Below are positions 47,425 through 62,635 of a DNA stretch of 64,000 bases, one piece after another. The stretch lies in contig CP068257.2 in the NCBI GenBank assembly GCA_009914755.4, positions 10,816,001 through 10,880,000 on the forward strand, in the 5' to 3' direction. The first letter of the stretch is position 1, and every line of letters begins with the position of its first letter. Made by a program: the position numbers and the translations under genes. Below the pieces are notes generated by a model that made no database searches, was not told the origin of the DNA, and saw only the letters and a list, made by a program, of their open reading frames with translations. Source of the DNA: the human T2T-CHM13v2.0 reference genome, Homo sapiens.

Positions 47425-49015
47425 CCAAAGTACCAAAAATATGTATTATATACTGTACATAAAATATGAAAGTAACCAAACATTTATAATAAACTGTACA
47501 TAAAGTATTAAAGTACTCAAAGTACATATTATATACAGTATATAAAATATCAAAGTACCCAAACTGTATATTATATACTGTACATAATAAATCAAAGTAC
47601 CCGAATATATAGCATACTGTACATAAAATATCAAAGTACCCAAAATATATATTGTATACTGTACATAAAATATGAAGGTACATCAAAGATATATTATATT
47701 CTGTACATAAAATATCAAAGTACACCAAATATATATTATATGCTGTACATAATATATTAAAGTCGACCAAATATATAATATACTGTACATAAAATATGAA
47801 GGTACATCAAATATATATTATATGCTGCACATAAAATATCAAAGTACCCAAAGTATGTATTATATACTGTACATAAAATATCAAAGTACGCAAAGTATAT
47901 ACTGTACATAAAATATAAAATACCCCAAATATATATTATATGCTGTACATAAAATATCAAAGTTCCAAAAATATGTATTATATACTGTACATAAAATATG
48001 AAAGTAACCAAACATTTATAATAAACTGTACATAAAGTATTAAAGTACTCAAAGTACATATTATATACAGTATATAAAATATCAAAGTACCCAAACTGTA
48101 TATTATATACTGTACATAATAAATCAAAGTACCCGAATATATAGCATACTGTACATAAAATATCAAAGTACCCAAAATATATATTGTATACTGTACATAA
48201 AATATGAAGGTACATCAAAGATATATTATATTCTGTACATAAAATATCAAAGTACACCAAATATATATTATATGCTGTACATAATATATTAAAGTCGACC
48301 AAATATATAATATACTGTACATAAAATATGAAGGTACATCAAATATATATTATATGCTGCACATAAAATATCAAAGTACCCAAAGTATGTATTATATACT
48401 GTACATAAAATATCAAAGTACGCAAAGTATATACTGTACATAAAATATAAAATACCCCAAATATATATTATATGCTGTACATAAAATATCAAAGTTCCAA
48501 AAATATGTATTATATACTGTACATAAAATATGAAAGTAACCAAACATTTATAATAAACTGTACATAAAGTATTAAAGTACTCAAAGTACATATTATATAC
48601 AGTATATAAAATATCAAAGTACCCAAACTGTATATTATATACTGTACATAATAAATCAAAGTACCCGAATATATAGCATACTGTACATAAAATATCAAAG
48701 TACCCAAAATATATATTGTATACTGTACATAAAATATGAAGGTACATCAAAGATATATTATATTCTGTACATAAAATATCAAAGTACACCAAATATATAT
48801 TATATGCTGTACATAATATATTAAAGTCGACCAAATATATAATATACTGTACATAAAATATGAAGGTACATCAAATATATATTATATGCTGCACATAAAA
48901 TATCAAAGTACCGAAAGTATGTATTATATACTGTACATAAAATATCAAAGTACCCAAAGTATATACTGTACATAAAATATAAAATACCCCAAATATATAT
49001 TATATGCTGTACATA
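47425..49015 (+). repeat. Perfect tandem triplication of a 532-bp block (about 12.7 monomers) inside the HOR array
   Basis: Seen: 'ttaaagtcgaccaaatatataatatactgtacat' at 47757, 48289 and 48821 (spacing exactly 532). ORFs 47446..47643 = 47978..48175 = 48510..48707 (65 aa) are identical. ORFs 47757..48302 and 48289..48834 (181 aa) are identical. Copy 1 begins about 47425, where the upstream sequence stops matching. Copy 3 diverges at about 49015 ('atcaaactacacaaaatattt' versus 'atcaaagttccaaaaatatgt'). Confidence 0.8.
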
Positions 49016-52000
49016 AAATATCAAACTACACAAAATATTTATTATATACTGTACATAAAATACCAAAGGACCCAAAATATATATTATATACTGTACATAA
49101 AATATCAAAATACCCAAAATATATATTATATACCGTACATAATATACCAAAGTACCCAAAGTATATATTATATACTGTACAAAAAATATCAAATTAGCCA
49201 AAATATGTATTATACACTGTACATAATATATGAAAGTACCCAAACATTTATAATAAACTGTACATAAAATATCAATGTACTCGAACTATATATTATGTGC
49301 GGTACATAAGATATCAAAGTACCCATACTCTATAGTATATACTGTACTTAAAATATCAAAATACCCAAAATATATATTATATACATTACATAAACTATCA
49401 AATACACAAAGTATGTATTATATACTGTACATAAAATAGCAAAGTTCCCAAACTATGTATTATATACTGTACATAAAATATGAAAGTACCCAACCATTTA
49501 TAATAAACGCTATATAAAATACCAAAGTACCCAAACTGTGTATTATATACTGTCCATAAATTATCAAAGTACCCAAAATATATATTGTAAACTGTACATA
49601 AAATACCAACGTAGCCAAAATGTATATTGTATACTGTACATAAAATATAAACGTACCCCAAATATATATTATATACTGTACATAAAATATCAAAGTACCC
49701 ATAATACATATTATATACTGTACATAAAATATCAAAGGACCCAAAATAAACATTATATACTGTACATAAAATATCCAAATACTCAAAATATATATTACAT
49801 ACTGTACATAAAATATCAAAGTACCCAAAGTATGTATTATATACTGTACATAAAATATCAAAGTACCCAAAGTATATATTATATACTGTACATAAAATAT
49901 AAAATACCCCAAATATATATTATATGCTGTACATAAAATATCAAAGTACACAAAATATGTATTATGTACTGTACATACAATATCAAAGGACCCAAAATAT
50001 ATATTATATACTGTACATAAAATATCAAAATATCCAAAATATATATTATATACTGTACATAAAATACCAAAGTACCCAAAGTATATATTATATACCGTAC
50101 AAAAAATATCAAAGTAGCCAAAATATGTATTATACACTGTACATAATATATGAAAGTACCCAAACATTTATAATAAACTGTATATAAAATATCAATGTAC
50201 TCAAACTATATATTATGTGTGGTACATAAGATATCAAAGTACCCATACTATATAGTATATACTGTACTTAAAATATCAAAATACCCAAAATATATATTAT
50301 ATACGTTACATAAACTATCAAATACACAAAGTATGTATTATATACTGTACATAAAATAGCAAAGTTCCCAAACTATGTATTATATACTGTACATAAAATA
50401 TGAAAGTACCCAACCATTTATAATAAACTCTACATAAAATACCAAAGTACCCAAACTGTGTATTATATACTGTCCATAAAATATCAAAGTACCCAAAATA
50501 TATATTGTAAACTGTACATAAAATACCAAATTACCCAAACTGTGTATTATATACTGTCCATAAAATATCAAAGTACACAAAATATATATTGTAAACTGTA
50601 CATAAAATATCAATGTAGCCAAAATATATATTGTATACTGTACATAAAATATAAAAGTACCCCAAATATGTATTATATACTGTACATAAAATATCAAAGT
50701 ACCGATAATACATATTATATACTGTACATAAAATATCAAAGGACCCAAAATAAACATTATATACTGTACATAAAATATCCAAATACTCAAAATATATATT
50801 ACATACTGTACAAAAAATATCAAAGTACCCAAATTATGTATTATATACTGTACATAAAATATCAGAGTACCCAAAATATGCATTATATACTGTACATAAA
50901 ATATGAAAGTAACAAAACCTTTATAATAAACTGTACATAAAATATCAAAGTACTCAAACTATATATCATATACTGTACATAAAATATCAAAGTACCCAAA
51001 CTGTGTATTATTATATACTGTATATAAAATATCAAAGTACCTGAAATATATATTGTATACTCTACATAAAGTATCAAAGTACCCAAAATATATACTATAT
51101 ACTGTACATAAAATATGAAGGTACATCAAATGTATATTATATCCTGTACGTAAAATATCAAAGTACACGTATTATATATTGTGTACTGTACATAATATAT
51201 TAAATCGACCAAATATATATTGTATACTGTATATAAAATATGAAGGTACTTCAAATATATATTATATGCTGCACATAAAATATCAAAGTACCTAAAGTAT
51301 GCATTACATACTGTACATAAAATATCAAAGTATCCAAAGTGTATATTATATACTGTACATAAAATATGAAGGTTCATCAAATATATATTATATTCTGTAC
51401 ATAATATATCAAAGTACATCAAATATATATTATATACTGTACATAAAATATCAAAGTACCCAAAATATGTATTATTTACTGTACATAAAATATGAAAGTA
51501 ACCAAACATTTATAATAAACTGTACATAAAATATCAAAGTACTCAATCTACGTATTATATACAGTATATAAAATATCAAATTACACAAACTGTATATTAT
51601 ATACTGTACATAATATATCAAAGTACCCAGAATATATAGCATACTGTACATAAAATATCAAAGTACCCAAAATATATATTGTATACTGTACATAAAATAT
51701 GAAGGCACATCAAAGATATATTATATTCTGTACATAAAATGTCAAAGTACACCAAATATATATTATATGCTGTACATAATATATTAAAGTTGCCCATATA
51801 TACATTATATACTGTACATAAAATATGAACATACATCAAATATACAGTATATGCTGCACATAAAATATCAAAGTACCCAAAGTATGTATTATACACTGTA
51901 CATAAAATATCAAAGTACCAAAAGTATATATTACATACTGTAAATAAAATATGAAGGTACCTCAAATATATATATTATTCTGTACATAAAATATCAAAGT

Positions 52001-55000
52001 ACACCAAGTATATACTATATACTCTGCAACAAATATTAAATTACCCAAAATATGTACTGTATTGTGTACATAAAATATGAAAGTAACCAAACATTTATAA
52101 TAAACTGTACATAAAATATCAAAGTACTCAAACTGTATATTATATACTGTACATAAAGTATCAAAGTACCCAAACTGTGTAGTATATACTGTACATAAAA
52201 TATCAAGGTACCCAAAATATATATTGTAAACTGTAGATAAATTATCAAAGTACCCAAAATATATATTATATACTGTACATAAAATATGAAGGCACATCCA
52301 ATATATATTATATTCTGTACATAAAATATCAAAGTACACCAAATGTATATTATATACTGTACATAAAATATCAAAGTACCCAAAGTGTTTATTATATACT
52401 GTACATAAAATATGAAGGTACATCAAAGATATATTATATTCTGTACATAAAATATCAAAGTACACCAAGTATATATTATATGCTGTACATAATATATTAA
52501 AGTCGACCAAATATATATTACATACTGTACATAAAATATGAAGGTACATCAAATATATATTATATGCTGCACATAAAATATCAAAGTACCCAAAGTATGT
52601 ATTATATACTCTACATAAAATATCAAAGTACCCAAAGTATATATTATATACTGTACATAAAATATAAAATACCCCAAATATATATTTTATGCTGTACATA
52701 AAATATCAAAGTACACAAAATATGTATTATATACTGTGCATAAAATATCAAAGGACCCAAAATATATATTATATACTGTACATAAAATATCAAAATACCC
52801 AAAATATATATTATATACTGTACAGAAAATACCAAAGTACCCAAAGTATATATTATATACCGTACAAAAAATATCAAAGTAGCCAAAATATGTATTATAC
52901 ACTGTACATAATATATGAAAGTACCCAAACATTTATAATAAACTGTACATAAAATATCAATGTACTCAAACTATATATTATGTGCGGTACATAAGATATC
53001 AAAGTACCCATACTATATAGTATGTACTGTACTTAAAATATCAAGATACCCAAAATATATATTATATACGTTACATAAACTATCAAATACACAAAGTATG
53101 TATTATATACTGTACATAAAATAGCAAAGTTCCCAAAATATGTATTATATACTGTACATAAAATATGAAAGTACCCAAACATTTATAATAAACTCTACAT
53201 AAAATACCAAAGTACCCAAACTGTGTATTATATACTGTCCATAAATTATCAAAGTACCCAAAATATATATTGTAAACTGTACATAAAATATCAAAGTAGC
53301 CAAAATGTATATTGTATACTGTACATAAAATATAAACGTACCCCAAATATATATTATGTACTGCACATAAAATATCAAAGTACCCATAATACATATTATA
53401 TACTGTACATAAAATATCAAAGGACCCAAAATAAACATTATATACTGTACATAAAATATCCAAATACTCAAAATATATATTACATACTGTACATAAAATA
53501 TCAAAGTACCCAAATTATGTATTATATACTGTACGTAAAATATCACAGTACCCAAAATATGCATTGTATACTGTACATAAAATATGAAAGTAGCAAAACA
53601 TTTATAATAAACTTTACATAAAATATCAAAGTACTAAAACTATATATCATATACTGTACCTAAAATATCAAATTACCCAAACTGTATATTATTATATACT
53701 GTCCATAAAATAACAAAGTACCTGAAATATATATTGTATACTGTACATAAAATATCAAAGTACCCAAAATATATACTATATACTGTACATAAAATATGAA
53801 GTTACATCAAATATATATTATATCCTGTACATAAAATATCAAAGTACACCTATTATATATTGTGTACTGTACATAATATATTAAATCCCCCAAATATATA
53901 TTGTATACTGTATATAAAATATGAAGGTACTTCAAATATATATTATATGCTGCACATAAAATATCAAAGTACCCAAAGTATGCATTACATACTGTACATA
54001 AAATATCAAAGTACACAAATTATATATTATATACTGTACATAAAATATGAAGGTTCATAAAATATATTTTATATTCTGTACATAATATATCAAAGTACAT
54101 CAAATATATATTATATACGGTACATAAAATATCAAAGTACCCAAAATATGTATTATTTACTGTACATAAAATATGAAAGTAACCAAACATTTATAATAAA
54201 CTGTACATGAAATATCAAAGTACTCAATCTACATATTATATACAGTATATAAAATATCAAAGTACACAAACTGTATATTATATACTGTACATAATATATC
54301 AAAGTACCCAGAATATATAGCATACTGTACATAAAATATCAAAGTACCCAAAATGTATATTGTGTACTGTACATAAAATATAAAGGTACATCAAAGATAT
54401 ATTATATTCTGTACATAAAATATCAAATTACACCAAGTATATATTATATGCTGTACATAATATATTAAAGTTGCCCATATATACATTATACACTTTACAT
54501 AAAATATGAACGTACATCAAATATATAGTATATGCTGCACATAAAATATCAAAGTACCCAAAGTATGTATTATACACTGTACATAAAATATCAAAGTACC
54601 AAAAGTATATATTGCATACTGTAAATAAAATATGAAGGTAACTGAAATATATATTATATTCTGTACATAAAATATAAAAGTACACCAAGTATAAACTACA
54701 TACTCTGCATAAAATATTAAATTACCCAAAATATGTATTGTATTGTGTACATAAAATATGAAAGTAACCAAACATTTATAATAAACTGTACATAAAATAT
54801 CAAAGTACTCAAACTGTATATTATATACTGTACATAAAGTATCAAAATACCCAAACTGTGTAGTATATACTGTACATAAAATATCAAGGTACCCAAAATA
54901 TATATTGTAAACTGTAGATACAATATCAAAGTACCCAAAATATATATTATATACTGTACATAAAATATGAAGGCACATCCAATATATATTATATTCTGTA

Positions 55001-58000
55001 CATAAAATATCAAAGTACACCAAATGTATATTATATACTGTACATAAAATATAAAAGTACCCCGAATATATATTATATACTCTACATAAAATATCAAAGT
55101 ACCCAAAATAGATATTATATACTGTACATAAAATATCAAAGTACCCATAGTATGTATTATATCCTGTACATAAAATATGAAGGTACATCAAATATATATT
55201 CTATTCTGCACATAAAATATCATATTACACCAAATATATATTGTATACTGTATATAAAATATGAAGGTACTTCAAATACATATTATATGCTGCACATAAA
55301 ATATCAAAGTACCGAAAGTGTGCATTATATGCTGTACATAAAATATCAAAGTACCCAAAGTGTATATTATATACTGTACATAAAATGTGAAGGTTCATCA
55401 AATATATTTTATATTCTGCACATAATATATCAAAGTACATCAAATATATATTATATACTGTACATAAAATATTAAAGTACCAAAAATATGTATTATATAC
55501 TGTACATAAAATATGAAAGTAACCAAACATTTATAATAAACTGTACATAAAGTATCAAAGTACTCAAACTACATATTATATACAGTATATAAAATATCAA
55601 AGTACCCAAACTGTATATTATATACTGTACATAATATATCAAAGTACCCAAATATATAGCATACTGTACATAAAATATTAAAGTACCCAAAATATATATT
55701 GTATACTGTACATAAAATATGAAGGTACATCAAAGATATATTATATCCTGTACATAAAATATCAAAGTACACCAAATATATATTATATGCTGTACATAAT
55801 ATATTAAAGTCGAACAAATATATATTATATACTGTACATAAAATATGAAGGTACATCAAATATATATTATATGCTGCACATAAAATATCAAAGTACCCAA
55901 AGTATGTATTATATACTGTACATAAAATATCAAAGTACCCAAAGTATATATTATATACCGTATATAAAATATAAAATACCCCAAATATATATTATATGCT
56001 GTACATAAAATATCAAAGTACACAAAATATTTATTATACACTGTACATAAAATATCAACGGACCCAAAATATATATTATATACTGTACATAAAATATCAA
56101 AATATCCAAAATATATATTATATACTGTACATAAAATACCAAAGTACCCAAAGTATATATTATATACCGTACAAAAAATATCAAAGTAGCCAAAATATGT
56201 ATTATACACTGTACATAATATATGAAAGTACCCAAACATTTATAATAAACTGTACATAAAATATCAATGTACTCAAACTATATATTATGTGCGGTACATA
56301 AGATATCAAAGTACCCATACTATATAGTATATACTGTACTTAAAATATCAAAATACCCAAAATATATATTATATACGTTACATAAACTATCAAATACACA
56401 AAGTATGTATTATATACTGTACATAAAATAGCAAAGTTCCCAAAATATGTATTATATACTGTACATAAAATATGAAAGTACCCAACCATTTATAATAAAC
56501 TCTACATAAAATACCAAAGTACCCAAACTGTGTATTATATACTGTCCATAAAATATCAAAGTACCCAAAATATATATTGTAAACTGCACATAAAATATCA
56601 AAGTAGCCAAAATATATATTGTATACTGTACATAAAATATAAACGTACCCCAAATATGTATTATATACTGTACATAAAATATCAAAGTACCGATAATACA
56701 TATTATATGCTGTACATAAAATATCAAAGGACCCAAAATAAACATTATATACTGTACATAAAATATCCAAATACTCAAAATATATATTACATACTGTACA
56801 TAAAATATCAAAGTACCCAAATTATGTATTATATACTGTACGTAAAATATCAGAGTACCCAAAATATGCATTATATACTGTACATAAAATATGAAAGTAA
56901 CAAAACATTTATAATAAACTGTACATAAAATATCAAAGTACTCAAACTATATATCATATACTGTACATAAAATATCAAAGTACCCAAACTGTGTATTATT
57001 GTATACTGTATATAAAATATCAAAGTACCTGAAATATATATTGTATACTGTACATAAAGTATCAAAGTACCCAAAACATATACTCTATACTGTACATAAA
57101 ATATGAAGGTACATCAAATATATCTTATATCCTGTACATAAAATATCAAAGTACACCTATTATATATTGTGTACTGTACATAATATATTAAATCACCCAA
57201 ATATATATTGTACACTGTATATAAAATATGAAGGTACTTCAAATGTATATTATATGCTGCACATAAAATATCAAAGTACCCAAAGTATGCATTACATACT
57301 GTAAATAAAATATGAAGGTACCTCAAATATATATTATATTCTGTACATAAAATATCAAAGTACACCAAGTATATACTATATACTCTGCATAAAATATTAA
57401 ATTACCCACAATATGTATTGTATTGTGTACATAAAATGTGAAAGTAACCAAACATTTATAATAAACTGTACATAAAATATCAAAGTACTCAAACTGTATA
57501 TTATATACTGTACATAAAGTATCAAAGTACCCAAACTGTGTAGTATATACTGTACATAAAATGTCAAGGTACGCAAAATATATATTGTAAACTGTAGATA
57601 AAATATCAAAGTACCCAAAATATATATTATATACTGTACATAAAATATGAAGGCACATCCAATATATATTATATTCTGTACATAAAATATCAAAGTACAC
57701 CAAATGTATATTATACACTGTACATAAAATATCAAAGTACCCAACGTGTATATTATATACTGTACACAAAATATGAAGGTTCATCAAATATATTTTATAT
57801 TCTGCACATAATATATCAAAGTACATCAAATATATATCATATACTGTACATAAAATATCAAAGTACCAAAAATATGTATTATATACTGTACATAAAATAT
57901 GAAAGTAACCAAACATATATAATAAACTGTACATAAAATATCAAAGTACTCGAACTACATATTATATACAGTATATAAAATGTCAAAGTACCCAAACTCT

Positions 58001-59845
58001 ATATTATATACTGTACATAATATATCAAAGTACCCGAATATATAGCATACTGTACATAAAATATCAAATTACCCAAAGTGTGTATTATACACTGCACATA
58101 AAATATGAAGGTACATAAAATATATATTGTATTCTGTACATAAAATATCAAAGTACTCCAAATATATATTACATGCTGTACATAATATATTAAAGTTGCC
58201 CAAATATATATTATATACTGTACATAAAATATGAAGGTACATCAAATATATAGTATATGCTGCACATAAAATATCAAAGTACCCAAAGTATGTATTATAT
58301 ACTGTACATAAAATATCAAAGTACCCAAAGTATATATTATATACTGTACATAAAATATAAAATACCCCAAATATACATTATATGCTGTACATAAAATATC
58401 AAAGTACACAAAATATGTATTATGTACTGTGCATAAAATATCAAAGGACCCAAAATATATATTATATACTGTAGATAAAATATCAAAATACCCAAAATAT
58501 ATATTATATACCCTACATAAAATACCAAAGTACAGAAAGTATATATTATATACCGTACAAAAAATATCAAAGTAGCCAAAATATGTATTATACACTGTAC
58601 ATAATATATGAAAGTACCCAAACATTTATAATAAACTGTACATAAAATATCAATGTACTCAAACTATATATTATGTTCGGTACATAAGATATCAAAGTAC
58701 CCATACTATATAGTATGTACTGTACTTAAAATATCAAAATACCCAAAATATATATTATATACGTTACATAAACTATCAAATACACAAAGTATGTATTATA
58801 TACTGTACATAAAATAGCAAAGTTCCCAAAATATGTATTATATACTGTACATAAAATATGAAAGTACCCAACCATTTATAATAAACTCTACATAAAATAC
58901 CAAAGTACCCAAACTGTGTATTATATACTGTCCATAAAATATCAAAGTACACAAAATATATATTGTCAACTGTACATAAAATATCAAAGTAGCCAAAATA
59001 TATATAGTATACCGTACATAAAATATAAAATTACCCCAAATATATATTATATACTGTACATAAAATATCAAAGTACCGATAATACATATTATATACTGTA
59101 CATAAAATATCAAAGGACCCAAAATAAACATTATATACTGTACATAAAATATTCAAATACTCAAAATATATATTACATACTGTACATAAAATATCACACT
59201 ACCCAAATTATGTATTATATACTGTACGTAAAATATCAGAGTACCCAAAATATGCATTATATACTGCACATAAAATATGAAAGTAACAAAACATTTATAA
59301 TAAACTCTACATAAAATATCAAAGTACTCAAACTATATATCATATACTGTACATAAAATGTCAAAGTACCCAAACTGTGTATTATTATATACTGTATATA
59401 AAATATCAAAATACCTGAAATATATATTGCATACTGTACATAAAATATCAAAGTACCCAAAATATATACTATATACTGTACATAAAATATGAAGGTACAT
59501 CAAATATATATTATATCCTGTACATAAAATATCAAACTACACCTATTAGATATTGTGTACTGTACATAATATATTAAATCCCCCAAATATATATTGTATA
59601 CTGTATATAAAATATGAAGGTACTTCAAATTCATATTACATGCTGCACATAAAATATCAAACTACCCAAGGTATGCATTATATACTGTACATAAAATATC
59701 AAAGTACACAAATTATATATTATATACTGTACATAAAATATGAAGGTTCATCAAATATATTTTATATTCTGTACATAATATATCAAAGTACATCAAATAT
59801 ATATTATATACGGTACATAAAATATCAAAGTACCAAAAATATGTA

Positions 59846-62620
59846 TTATATACTGTACATAAAATATGAAAGTAACCAAACATTCATAATAAATTGTACA
59901 TAAAATATCAAAGTACTCAAACTACATATTATATACAGTATATAAAATATCAAAGTACACAAACTGTATATTATATACTGTACATAATATATCAAAGTAC
60001 CCGAATATATAGCATACTGTACATAAAATATCAAAGTACCCAAAATATATATTGTATACTGTACATAAAATATGAAGGTACATCGAAGATATATTATATT
60101 GTGTACATAAAATATCAAAGTACACCAAATATATATTATATGCTGTACATAATATATTAAAGTTGCCCAAATATATATTATATACTGTACATAAAATATG
60201 AAGGCACATCAAATATATAGTATATGCTGCACATAAAATATCAAAGTACCCAAAGTATGTAATATATACTGTACATAACATATCAAAGTACCAAAAGTAT
60301 ATATTACCTACTGTAAATAAAATATGAAGGTACCAGAAATATACATTATATTCTGTACATAAAATATCAAAGTACACCAAATATATACTATATACTGTAC
60401 ATACAATATTAAATTACCCACAATATGTATTGTATTGTGTACATAAAATATGAAAGTAACCAAACATTTATAATAAACTGTACATAAAATATCAAAGTAC
60501 TCAAACTGTATATTATATACTGTACATAAAGTATCAAAGTACCCAAACTGTGTAGTATACACTGTACATAAAATATCAAGGTACCCAAAATATATATTGT
60601 AAACTGTAGATACGATATCAAATTACCCAAAATATATATTATATACTGTACATAAAATATGAAGGCACATCCAGTATATATTATATTCTGTGCATAAAAT
60701 ATCAAAGTACACCAAATGTATATTATATACTGTACATAAAATATAAAAGTACCCCAAGTATATATTATATACTCTATATAAAATATGAAAGTACCCAAAA
60801 TATATATTATATACTGTACATAAAATATCAAAGTACCCATAGTATGTATTATATCCTGTACATAAAATATGAAGGTACATCAAATATATATTATATTCTG
60901 CACATAAAATATCATATTACACCAAATATATATTATATACTGTACATAAAATATGAAGGTACATCAAATGTATATTATATGCTGCACATAAAATATCAAA
61001 GTCCCCAAAGTTTGTATTATATACTGTACATAAAATATCAAAGTATCCAAAGTGTATATTATATACTGTACATAAAATATGAAGGTACATCCGATACATA
61101 TTATATTCTGTACATAAAATATCAAAGTACACCAAGTATATATTATATACTGTACATAAAATATTAAATTACCCGAAATATGTATTGTATACTGTACATA
61201 AAATATGAAAGTAACCAAACATTTATAATAAACTGTACATAAAATATCAAAGTACTCAAACTACATATTATATACAGTATATAAAATATCAAAGTACCCA
61301 AACTGTATATTATATACTGTACATACTATATCAAAGTACCCGAATATATAGCATACTGTACATAAAATATCAAAGTACCCAAAATATATATTGTACACTG
61401 CACATAAAATATGAAGCTACATCAAAGATATATTATATTCTGTACATAAAATATCAAAGTACACCAAATATATATTATATGCTGTACATAATATATTAAA
61501 GTCGACCAAATATATATTACATACTGTACAAAAAATATGAAGGTACATCAAATATATATTATATGCTGCACATAAAATATCAAAGTACCCAAAGTATGTA
61601 TTATATACTGTACATAAAATATCAAAATACCCAAAGTATATATTATATACTATACATACAATATAAAATACCCCAAATATATATTATATGCTGTACATAA
61701 AATATCAAAGTACACAAAATATGTATTATGTACTGTACATAAAATATCAAAGGACCGAAAATATATATTATATACTGTACATAAAATATCAAAATACCCA
61801 AAATATATACTATATACTGTACATAAAATACCAAAGTACCCAAAGTATATATTATATACCGTACAAAAAATATCAAAGTAGCCAAAGTATGTATTATACA
61901 CTGTACATAATATATGAAAGTACCCAAACATTTATAATAAACTGTACATAAAATATCAATGTACTCAAACTATATATTATGTTCGGTACATAACATATCA
62001 AAGTACCCATACTATATAGTATATACTGTACTTAAAATATCAAAATACCCAAAATATATATTATATACGTTACATAAATTATCCAATACCCAAAGTATGT
62101 ATTATATACTGTACTTAAAATAGCAAAGTTCCCAAAATATGTATTATATACTGTACATAACAAATGAAAGTACCCAACCATTTATAGTAAACTCTACATA
62201 AAATACCAAAGTACCCAAACTGTGTATTATATACTGTCCATAAATTATCAAAGTACCCAAAATATATATTGTAAACTGTACATAAAATATCAAAGTAGCC
62301 AAAATGTATATTGTATACTGTACATAAAATATAAACGTACCCCAAATATATATTATATACTGTACACAAAATATCAAAGTACCCATAATACATATTATAT
62401 ACTGTACATAAAATATCAAAGGACCCAAAATAAACATTATATACTGTACATAAAATATCCAAATACTCAAAATATATATTACATACTGTACATAAAATAT
62501 CAAAGTACCCAAATTATGTATTATATACTGTACGTAAAATATCAGAGTACCCAAAATATGCATTATATACTGTACATAAAATATGAAAGTAACCAAACAT
62601 TTATAATAAACTGTACATAA
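59846..62620 (+). repeat. Long-range duplicated block A, copy 2
   Basis: See copy 1 at 30619-33389. The offset is a constant 29,227 bp up to about 32.4 kb, then 29,231 bp (a 4-bp indel). Confidence 0.7.
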
Positions 62621-62635
62621 AATATCAAAGTACTC

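Noticed and set aside
46650-47483. Long minus-strand ORF (277 aa), plus many 60-245-aa ORFs on both strands throughout 2.1-64 kb (for example 51962..52699, 49460..50167, 54517..55191)
   Set aside because: All translate to a 14-residue periodic low-complexity string (YVQYIIYxLGTLIF / YILYIKYQSTQxx). This is the 42-bp monomer read in frames that rarely generate stop codons. ORFs overlap extensively on both strands and have no start or stop context, splice signals or domain-like regions. They are artefacts, not genes.
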